Of a stretch of DNA of 64,000 bases, positions 53,236 through 64,000 are shown one piece after another. The stretch comes from Neocallimastix sp. 'constans' (taxonomy: Eukaryota), in the NCBI GenBank assembly GCA_050613775.1, contig JBODTK010000131.1, positions 62,001 to 126,000 of the forward strand. The letters run 5' to 3'. Every line of letters starts with the position of its first letter. The stretch's first letter is position 1. Under the pieces are notes generated by a model. The model saw nothing but the letters and a program-made list of their open reading frames with translations. It made no database searches and was not told the DNA's origin. Both the position numbers and the translations under genes were made by a program.

Positions 53236-53538
53236 GTAATTATTAAAATTGAAATAATAAAAATTAACATATTAAATAATTATAATCTTTGTAAATTCAA
53301 AAAAAAAAATATCATATATATATTAGATTCAAAGCTTGGTTTATATTCAATTTATGAGTTTATATATTCTAGTAGAGATTCGTATAATTCTACCTATCCA
53401 GATCCAAAAGATCAAAGTTTTGTTAATTCATTAAAAATGTTGAAAAAATTAAAAGAAGAAATAGCTTCAGGTACATACAATAAAAATTAATAATATAAGT
53501 TTATGTGATTTTCAATTCTATAATAAATATATAAATAA

Positions 53539-53574
<36 letters not shown>

Positions 53575-55145
53575 TAATATGGTTATAAATATTTTAAATA
53601 ACCATAATAGATAATATATTTAGATCTAATGAAAATTTTACATTTTCAAAATTAATGGATGGAAAATTTATTTTTCTAAAATATTTTCTTGTAAGTGAAC
53701 CATTAATAAATATGATACAGTCATTTCATCATTTATCGATTTTACCTGGAATTAATGAGGGAATTTCTGGTACTACAGTTGATGGAAATAATATGGGTAT
53801 TATTAAAAATATAGCAGAAAATAAAAAAGAAGCAGCACTAGAAGTACTAAAATTTTTTACTTCTAAAGAGTATCAAAGAAATAAATTTATATTAAAAAAA
53901 ACTATTACAGTTATAAAAGATTTATGGTATGATGAAGAAGTCTGTAAAAATGAATTATGTGATGTTCTTAAAAATTCACAAATTATTATTGAGCCTGAAT
54001 TTATAAAGAATAGAAAAGATGATGCTTGGAAAAAATATCAAAGTAGTATTTACCAATATTTATTTGAAAACCAAACTATGGATGAAACGCTTAAGCAAAT
54101 TTACGATGTAACAAAAATATATCATATAGACTTAAGTACCAATAATACATATGTAGGACTGATTTGTTTTATATATATAATTATTGTATCGGTATTAATG
54201 CTATTATCATTAATATTCATTTTTAAAGAAAATTTCCAACCATTTTTCTCATTTTTACCTGATGACTTATGGATTATAACTGTAATAGGAACAGTTTTGA
54301 TTCTTTGTTCTCAATTTTTTAGTTATGGGCCAGTTAGTAAATTAAAATGTCATTTATTACCATTATCGTTATCCATAGGATTTACATTTAATGTATGTCC
54401 CATACTATATGTACTAATAATTCAATTTCCTGAATATAATAAAATATCAAAATGGGTAAACAATCATCGAATATTGTTTTTATTATTTAATATTTTGATT
54501 GATATTTGCCTATGGAGTACTTTATTAATAAATCCATACACTAAAGAAAAAATTTTTAATGAGAATGGTGAAAATTTTGAAATATGTAAATTTAATGGAG
54601 AATATAGTATTATAATCATGTTAATTTATAAAATAGTGGTAATGACTCTAATGCTATTACTGATATTTGTTGAATGGAATATTTCAGTAATTATGTATGA
54701 TCTTAGATTTATCGTAGCAGCTTTGTATATCGATATACTCTCTATTTTTATAATATACATATTCTATCTCATCAAATTGAAAAATTACGTTTTATATTTT
54801 ATATTTAAAATATTTATTGCAACAGTTGTTTCACTTTCAAATTACATATTTTTATATGGTTTCAGAATATTATTAGGATTTACTAGAAAACAAAACTTAA
54901 AAATACAATTTATTAACAATATTAACGAAAACTTTATTAATAGTACTAATATCAATCAATCGAAGTCTACTAATATTCATTCTTCTATTTATATAAGTAA
55001 AACAACGCAAAACTCTGAAGAGAATGAAGACCCATCATCGATAATGACTAGTAACTCATCTTTCTTTAGAAGAATGATTAATTATCATTATTCAAAAGAA
55101 TTAAGTGTTACTTCTACTTTCAACTATACAACAACTAATAATTGA
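52362..55145 (+). CDS. GPCR-like receptor: signal peptide + bacterial-type extracellular solute-binding domain + 7TM (class C-like), about 760 aa, 5 exons
   Basis: Exons 52362-52413, 52496-52884, 52974-53136, 53327-53470 and 53611-55145 (GT-AG, frame preserved, 2283 nt). SBP motifs LLDL, LVGLP..ILYSNKYLL.KY...PKTWNEL and KEAALEVLKFFTS..Q; seven hydrophobic segments with CHL and ENFEICK cysteines. Confidence 0.92.
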
Positions 55146-55531
55146 AAATAAATGGATAAAATTACATAACTAATTTTATATCAATTTTTTTCACTCTCAT
55201 TTATTTTTATATTGATAATAAAATTAAAAAAAGCATACTTGAAAAAGTCGTAATAGTAATAATATTAATAAATATAAACTGAACATTTATTAATGTTTTT
55301 ATTAATTTTTTTTTTATTTTTCATAATTTTTTTATATAATTATAAATCATAATTTTTTTTTATATATAATTATAAATTAAATCATAATAAATAAAGTAAA
55401 ATGAAAATATTATGTTTTAATCTTTAAAATGTTGAAAATTTCTTAATTTTGATTTCTTTTTCATTTAGTAAGCTAATAAAATAATATATTTATTTTATAT
55501 TAAAAGTTCATTTCATCATATTTCACTGTAA

Positions 55532-55562
<31 letters not shown>

Positions 55563-56149
55563 AAAGAAAAAAGAATTAGTCTTATAAATATAATTCCCTC
55601 TATATTGTATAATATTGAATTAAATTAGAATTCTTGCAAGAGCTCAAATTCATGACCTGTATCCATTATTAATTATTATCATATGACTATTATTATTATA
55701 ATTTTAAAAAATGATGTTCTATAGTAATAATAATAATAATGATATTATTATTAATATTATTAAATTATGTTTTATTTTATATTACATTTATTCTATAGAT
55801 TAATGCCAATGTTCGATGAAATAATTCGTTGGGAGTATTTTCTTTTTTATTTTTTAATTTTCTTTCTTTTTTTACTATTTTTAATTTCTCTTTATATTTT
55901 GTCTTTCAATGAATGAAATAATAAACTTCGATTAATCTCAAAAATATAAAAAAGTAAAAATAAAAATAAAAAAAAAAAAAAAAAAAAAAAAAAAAGAAAA
56001 AAGTAAAAAGTAAAAAAAAAAAAGAAAAAGTAAAAAAATATTTATTATTTAAAGATAATTAAAAAGAAACACTCTAAAACTACAAAAAAATTTTTTTTTT
56101 TATTTATTCACATCTCAATCTACTATTTTCATTTTTATCAATATCTTTT

Positions 56150-57150
56150 TTTCTTTTAGAAAAAATTATTATTATTAAATATTAATATATGGATTTTCTT
56201 TGTAGTTTATTAATAAATTGATGGTATATCTATTCTTTATAAGATTGTTTAATGAAGAGCGGTGTTACCAAGGTGAATTTGATTATAGATTTAAATTTCC
56301 TTTTCTTTTTCGTTTGATATTTTTCTTAAAATACTTTTTAATACTTTATAATTGCTTAATTTAGTTGTAACGATAATGACATTTTCGTTTCTGTTATTCT
56401 AATCGAAAAAAAATTTTTTTATTAAAAAATAGAATCAATAATGTTCATGACATATGGATCATTATGAATCAAACTAAGGATTACTAACAAAATTATTATT
56501 ATTTGAATATAAATCGTTAAATTTAAATTCTATTTAAAAGAGAAAGCCTAAAGGAATTATAATAGAAATTGCTAATATAAATCTAAAAGAACTCTAATAC
56601 TAATAAATATATTAGAAGTATCTTCTTTAAAAGAAAAGCTTAAAATGATAGCATATTTATTGTTCTTAGTAAGATTTATTTGACAATTTTCAATAAAATA
56701 TATTTTATTGAAACATAGTCCTCCATTATCACATAAACCTTTTTTTTTTTCCTTCAAAGTATTTTTTAAAAAATAAATATATTTTTTTTTATTATGAAGA
56801 TTATAAGTAATATTCATGAAATTTTTTTTCATTTTACAACAATAATAAATGCCACAAAAAATAGATATAATTATAAATAAAAATGTAATTATCATAATAT
56901 TAAGTTGTTTATTTATTCTAATCACATAATATTGAGCTTTACATAGTTAATTTTTACACGATTTGTAAAAACATTCCTCATCATCACATAAATTATATGG
57001 AGCTTTATCATAATAAAAATATGAATGATCAAAAATTGAATAATATATATTATTAAATCTAATAAATTTAGTTATAATAACACCCTTCACCATATCAATA
57101 TAATTATCATTTTTACAATAATATATTATATTAATATCTTGTTAACCAAA
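56150..57150 (-). pseudogene. Heavily decayed coding relic(s): Cys-rich/TM segments and a possible ankyrin remnant
   Basis: CDDEECFYKSCKN*LC, a TM-like stretch ending CGIYYCCK, LCDNGGLCFNK, and LGNTALH near 56255-56275. Confidence 0.35.
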
Positions 57151-58065
57151 ACGGCCATTTGATATTTAAGGTTTATCATATATTAATTATTTAATTATTC
57201 TTTTAATATTTTCTAAAGTTTAAATAGTAAATTTAAAATAGTTTATAATAGATAAATATATACTTTAAATAGTTTATTAATTTTAAAATGTTTAATAATT
57301 ATATTTTTATAGTTTAGTGCTTTATAAGTGAGTAAAATATTAATTTTTGTAAAAAAAAAAAAAAAAATTATAGATTAATTAGTTTAAATATTAAAGGAAT
57401 ATTAAACAGTTTAGCTAAAGTAAAATATCCTAAAATGAACTAAACTTTACTAAAAAAAATAATTTAAGGTACAGATTAGTATAGTTTGGTATAGATTATT
57501 TTAGAATAAGATTGTTTAGGTTAAACTTTGAATAGTTTATTTAAATTTTAGAATAATAGAATAGTATTTAAAGTTTTCTTTATCTATTATTAAAATTTAA
57601 TATGAAAATCTCAATTATACACTTAAATAATTAGTTTATTTAATAATAAATATTATATACTGAAATAATTAATAATATGAACTCTTGTTTAATAATTCTG
57701 AGTATATTGATAAATAAGATTTATTATTAATAATTAATTTCAAACAATTTAAAAGGATGTCACGTGCATTTATTTATATTATACTTAAATATATGTTTAA
57801 AACACATATATATTATTTTCTAATTATATTATTTTTATAATTATAAATTAATTTTTAATAGTTTTATGTTTAAAATATTTAAATATTTTAAAAATATTGT
57901 TATCATTATTATTATTATTAAAATATTTTGTTGAAACATTTATTTGACTTTTTATTTTTGTTAATATTTTTAGTTTGAGTTTAAAAGGATAAAAATTTAC
58001 TTATTTATATGTATTTTTATTCTATAATTTTATTGGTTATATTCATGCAATGTAAATAATAATAT

Positions 58066-58370
58066 TACTCCTCAAATCTAAAATTTTAGCAACGAAATCT
58101 TAGTTTTGTTAATATTACCCCGAGTTTGACATAAATTTTATAGATAGTTTAATTATAAAATTATCTATTTGTATGCTACTGAGATATTTAATGAATCCAT
58201 CGGCTCAAGTTTCTTTCTGATTTAAAGTACTCTAATTTCACTTTGTTTCCTATTATTAGATCCCTTATATGATGATATTTTATATTAAAATGTTTCGATT
58301 TAGGATTAATAGATTAACTTTGACAATTATAAATTGCTACTTTATTATTCACATTAATCGTTATATTCAT
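58066..58370 (-). mobile_element. Ty1/Copia RNase H C-terminal fragment with PPT
   Basis: ITINVNNKVAIYNCQS*SINPKSKHFNIKYHHIRDLI..LEYFKSERNL, followed by gatttgaggag. Confidence 0.7.
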
Positions 58371-60039
58371 TAATAATTAATGTTTATAATATATATATCA
58401 ATTACTATATTAATTATTATATTAACAATATATATATAGTCTATTTCATCAGTATTTTAATATCTTTATATTATTATAAATTAATTATCGATATATCAAT
58501 TTATTTTATCAATATTTTATTAATATTAAAACTTAATTATCAGTATAATTTAATTCTTTGGAAAATACTAAACCAAAAATTTATGATTACTAATATATTT
58601 ATCAATTTTTGATAATTTATTACTAAAATTCATTCTTTTTACCATTTTAAATATTAATAATTCCTTCAAAATAAACCTCTTTTTAAAAATATCACTAAAA
58701 AAAATATAGTTTAAAAAAGAAAATATTTATATTATTATTACATGATTTATTATAAACAATATATTTATAAATCTAATAAATTTTTATAAATTTTATTATT
58801 AATAATTTAAATAATACTTTTTTTTTTCTAAATATTTGTAAAAATTAAATATTATACTCAATAAACTATTACTAAATCACAAATTGAAAATTTAACAAAA
58901 CAAGATAAAATTCTTTTAATATTATATTTCTTTTTAAATTATTAATAAATAATTAACAATATAATAACATAGAATTATTATTTATTAAAATTCAAATAAT
59001 TATAATGATAATATAGATATAACATATAAGAAAAAAGTAAAAAAAAAAAAAAATAATAATAATAATAATAATAAATACTTTATTTAAAGAAATGTCTTAT
59101 CTATTTCTATTAGTTTAAAGTATCAATAGCTACAGTAAAAATAAGTAATTTGTTTTATCAGAAAAAATATTTCATTAATTTATTGAATTATAAAAAATAA
59201 AATATTATTTATAATCAATTTAGTCGTCGTAATATTTCAAATTACTTATTAACTAATTAATAAATTAATTAAGGTATGAATAAAAATTATTTTTTCTTTA
59301 GGAACGGAATTCACATTTATTTATATTTTTTTTTTGGAAAAACAGTTTCTGAAAAAGTTTAGTATAATGAAAGTTCAAGAAATCTCGATTTCTTTTTAGA
59401 AAGTGAATCTTAAGGAAAAAGGAATAAATATTAATTATTAAGATAGAACTTTTCAGTTTCATTCAGTTTAACTATTTAACCAAAGAAACTCTCGTAACTT
59501 CTATAACAATCTAGTTAATTAAACTAAAAAATTATTATCGATTTAGGATAAAAAGTGTAAATCAAATCCTGGTAGTCAGGCTTGGGAGTCATTGTAACTT
59601 ACTACCAGACTATGGTAATTAATATATATTATCTCTAGAAGGTACGTACTAAGTACTATCAAACAGTTAGCAATAATGTGGTTATGTAACGATATTATTG
59701 GGTATTTTAATACATTTGTATTATATATAAATTTGTTAAACTAGTTATTTTTTAATTAGTTAAGTCTAAAGGCTTATTTAATCAATCATGTATTATTTTT
59801 TTTTAATTTTATATAATTGTAACGAATGGTGTTAAACACAACATGTCAGTGTAATTTGAAAAAGGAAAGTTATTTGAAATATGTCTTATAAAAATAAGTT
59901 TTTCGTGTTATTTAAAATTTTAAAATAATATTTAATTAATTAACCGATGTTCTATTTCAAATTATTTGTAAAGTTGATTAAATAATTAAGTAATAAGTTA
60001 ATTAATAAAATTAATTAAAAGTAAAGTGAATTAATAAAA

Positions 60040-60723
60040 GCACAACAAGAATACAAGTAAATTCATTAGAAGAGTGAAGATCAGTGACAAACTCTATGGA
60101 AAGCGAAGTCCAAGATTGGTCAGGAATTTCGAGTGGTTTCTATAACAGAATCAATAATTACAATGATTTTATTATTTTTAAATTTTAATATTTAGTATTA
60201 TTTTTCAATAAACTTTTAAAACAAATAATTAAATTTAAGAAATATTATTACTTGTATAGTTGTTAGTAACTTATACCATGAATCAAACTACTTAAGGTTT
60301 GATTCACATTTATTATTATTTTATAGTTTTATTCTAAAAATATCTAGAAGATTCTTTGTAATTCAAGAAATTACTAGAATTTCTTGATAATTATTATGTT
60401 TAATTAATTAAAATTTATTCTATTATATTCTTAGTTCTATTATTTTCTATTTTTTTTTAAAATTTTCGATTTTTAAGAATTTTTTAGAAACTTTTGTTTT
60501 TTATTTTTTAATAACTTAAACTTTTGAAAAAAAATATAAATTGAAGTAAAATTTATAATAAAAAATATTCTTTCTTTTTTTTTTTATTTTAATTCTTTAG
60601 TTAATAAGACTTAATTTTTAATAAAACTTTTTGTAGAAAATATTAATACTCTATCAACCCTTGAGGCTTATAGTATTATAATAAATATAAATAAATAAAA
60701 TTTTTAAAAAAAAAAAAAAAAAA

Positions 60724-60778
<55 letters not shown>

Positions 60779-63700
60779 AGCAATTTTTTATTTTCAGTGT
60801 TTTTATATTTATTATAATATTTTGTTATAGTTTCAGAAATTCAAAAGGTTTGCGTCTGAAATCCTATGAGCGACAACAGATTTCACAAGATTTAATATAT
60901 TCTTTAATATCTTTTAGCATAGATGACCACTTTTAATTTTAATTTATAAAAATTCAATTAAAAGTTGCGATTGATTAAAGAGAAAGTTTTTCTTGAAAAC
61001 CAAAATGAACGGCAGATAGTGAATCATGACCGATATTCAATACGGAAAAACGACAGTTAGAGGGAACAGAGAGTTTTCCATTGAAGAGTAAAGAAGTTGT
61101 TAGTTGTTGCTAAAAGAAAATTTATAAAAGATTTTGGAAAGTTTTGTTTAGAATTGAGTTTTTTTTTTTTTTTTTTTTTTGCGTATTTCTTTATACTATT
61201 TGTCATTCTTGTATTCATGGAGTATTTGATCGCTCATTTAAAGAGGCAATATGGAAGCAGCAACGAAAAAATTCAAAGGTTTTAAGACGTTGAAAGGAAT
61301 ATCAGAGGATAGTGCTTCCTTTTAATTCAATAATCGGGTCTTTCGGAGAAAGTGCATTAGGTTTACCATTAGCAGCTCCTGCATGATAGGTGTAAAAGAA
61401 AAGCGAAACAGATTACAATAACAAATTTAAGAATTTAAATTAACACATAAGTAAAGAATATAAAATATAATTTTTTTTAAATTTTTATTAATAATAATTC
61501 GTTTATTAATTTTTCTCTTCTTTATTAAATTATAACAAATAACAATTACATCGAAAAAAAAAAAGAAAAGTGAAAAGTATCTTCTATTTATACTTTTCCT
61601 AAATACATTAATAATATATTAATTTATTTAAAATATATATATTCTAATATAAAACTATCCTAATGAATTTTATTAAATAATAAATTTATAAACTCTAGCT
61701 AAATTTAGAAAAATATAATTATTAATTAAACTTAATACTAAATAATTAAAATTAAGTACATTTATTATCTATTTATTCTTTTAATATTATAAGTAAAATT
61801 TTTATTTATTTTCATTTTTAAAAACAATGTTAAAAGAGTTATAATTAAATTTTGAAACTTAATTTTCACAAAATAAATTATTAATTTATTTTGTTCTAAA
61901 CTTTATTCAATTGATTTTAATCATTGTAAAACAATATTTTTTCTAGAATTAGTTTTTTTACGAAAATTGTTACATTAAAAATTTGTCTTGTGGCTTAAAG
62001 AATATATTTCAAAAATTTAGTTCATATGATTTGTTTATTTTATTTATTATTTCAAAAAATAATTTATAGTTTTGAATTACGCAAGAAAAATTTTTTAATT
62101 TAAAATGTGATTGAAATAATCACATCTATACAACAGGGGATATTGAAAAAAAAAAAAGAAAAAAAAAAAAAAAGTTAAATTCTGATTAAGAAAAGAGCCC
62201 AACGAACAAGTCTTCGAGACAATTTTTCAGGTTTCTTTTTCTTTTGGTACAAAAGATTACGATTATTGGAGAAAATGGGGAATGGGATGGAAATTCCTTT
62301 TTTAAAAGTGGTCTTCATTGTTCTAAGATTTCAATGATTGCTAAAAAGTTCTTTATCATAAATTGAGTAGTTTTTTTTTTTTTTTAGCAGCAGCAGCAGT
62401 AGCAGTAGGGGATCTAGAAAAGAATGTAATAGGATGAATTTTATTTGTCTTTTTTTGAGAAACTTGGGAGAGGATAGTGAACTTGATGCTGTCTTGTTTT
62501 GTTTCGACAAGGAAAAAGGAGATCACGGTTTTGGGTATGCAAGTACGGGAGCGGAAGAGAATTTGGATATTTGGATTTTTAAATTCATCAAATTTTTCTT
62601 TTTTTTTTTTTTGATTTTGATTTTAGGATGTCCAAAACTAATTTATCAATTTTTTTTCTAAAAAAGTAAATGAAGTTAGAGCCGCTAAACCAGGAAAAAA
62701 GAAAACGTCAATAGTAGTTAAAAAGTCCTAAGGGTGATTGAAGTTGTTTTTATATTGGTAGGGATAGGCCATTTAAGAATATAGAGGAAATCCTTTTAGA
62801 GTGCATAAAAAGCTACCGTCAGAGGAAAATATTCTATGTCCAAGGAAATTCAAATTAGGGAACGCACAATTCACATTTTTCAAGTTTAGCATATAAAACA
62901 GATTTTTCTGAGGATTGAGAGAGCCTCAGTTAGATGTTTGAAGTGTGTTTACTAAGTGTGGAGAGGAAGATGTAGTAGTATGCGAAATTTTCCAAGAATA
63001 TTTTCGAGAACGTCCTTGATAAGGTGTTAGAATTACAGCAGGAGCATTCTTTTAAGCCTGAAAGAAAGGCATGACTAAACTATTCATAAATAACCGTAGA
63101 TACAAGTCAAAGCTCAGTCTAGTTATTCATCTCCCTCTTTAATTCTGACAAGATGATAGTCAGAGTGAAGATCGAGTTTTTGAGAAGACCTTTTTTTTCC
63201 TTTGGCTACCTTTGGCTAGGGGTTCAAGCCTTTGTCATTGATTCATAGCAAAAGGTTTTAACAATTTGCGAATTGTGTGATATCATTCAGAGGTTGGTCG
63301 TCAACTGACCATTTTTAATTCATCATTTTTCTTTTTAAGTACAAAGAAAATAGGCACACCCACCACCGTCAGGGGATTTTGAGATGTTCCAAATGAAACC
63401 TTTTTGATAGTATTTTGTCTCTATATATTCCTTTAAGTGCCGTCGATTCTTTTTTTTTTTTTTTTTTTGGTTAAAGGGTTAAGATGGGTTCATAAAAAAA
63501 GAACGGTGTTAGGGATTTTGTTTTTCTCAACGTCATCGTAAGACAAGACCTAGGAGGAGGTAATTCATTCACATATATTTCCCTGAAAACGTCTTTAAAT
63601 GGAAGTAATTTTTTTTTTTTTTTTTTGATTTCTTTATTTTCTTTTTTTTTTTGCCATTTTGTTTAATAGAAGTATTTAAAGGAACATAAGTAAGTAGTAA

Positions 63701-64000
63701 AGGTAGTAGGAAGTGCAAGACAATTAGAAATACTTAGAAATACCGTGGATTTTGATTTAAAAAGAGAGTTCCTTTGAGGCAAAGTTTATGGTTGGAATTA
63801 TGGATTTCTAGCTAGCCAAGTTCATGCCTTAAAATAACGCAGTACGAGAGGACGAGGAAGGAAAGATCAATAAACGTAGAAACTTGTTTTATATCTATGG
63901 TCTTTTTTTTTTTTTTTATATATATTTTAAAGAGATTGGAGCAATTTTTACGAATGAATGATTGATTGAATACCACCTATACCAGATACGTTAGAGAGAT
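60040..64000 (-). mobile_element. Degenerate Ty3/Gypsy pol (PR end-RT-RH-IN) split by two AT-rich insertions; runs off the window
   Basis: RT and RNase H remnants at 62180-64000 (LNFLGHRI, RRLVRWALF); YHAGAANGKPNALS and KWSSMLKDIKEYIKSCEICCRS at 60840-61420; KPLEIPDQSWTSLSIEFVTDL..CILVV at 60040-60146. Confidence 0.85.
60720..60780. repeat. (AAAT)n microsatellite
   Basis: Directly visible. Confidence 0.9.

Noticed and set aside
3156..55145. CYTH, GT, LRR, lysozyme and GPCR genes as one functional cluster
   Set aside because: The genes are widely spaced by transposon debris, two are pseudogenes, and there is no evidence of co-regulation.
59560..59700. GC-elevated island with tgtaac as a possible LTR boundary or primer site
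   Set aside because: No second LTR or tRNA complementarity could be established.
1..64000. tRNA or rRNA genes
   Set aside because: No cloverleaf or rRNA-like conserved sequence recognised.

Overview
Extremely AT-rich eukaryotic genomic DNA with GT-AG introns and long homopolymer and microsatellite tracts. The fungal-type dockerin (CBM10-like) protein and the solute-binding-protein/7TM receptor point to an anaerobic gut fungus (Neocallimastigomycota); this is inferred, not searched. Apparently intact genes: (1) an intronless secreted protein with two fungal dockerins fused to a complete CYTH/triphosphate-tunnel metalloenzyme domain (3156-4067), the most unusual element here; (2) a 7-exon LRR receptor-like membrane protein (22339-24166); (3) a candidate 32-aa single-TM microprotein (38773-38871); (4) a Cys-rich, probably GPI-anchored surface protein (44110-44814) with a decayed tandem paralog; (5) a 5-exon solute-binding-domain/class-C-like GPCR (52362-55145). 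Pseudogenes missed by the ORF track include a GT92/GT2-like glycosyltransferase (about 8620-9560, minus) and a phage-type GH24 lysozyme fused to Cys-rich repeats (35628-36350, minus). The rest is mostly decayed mobile DNA: LINEs and LINE 3' tails, Ty1/Copia and Ty3/Gypsy fragments, MITE-like elements and dispersed AT-rich repeats. All calls come from manual reading and motif recognition. Boundaries of degenerate elements are approximate.
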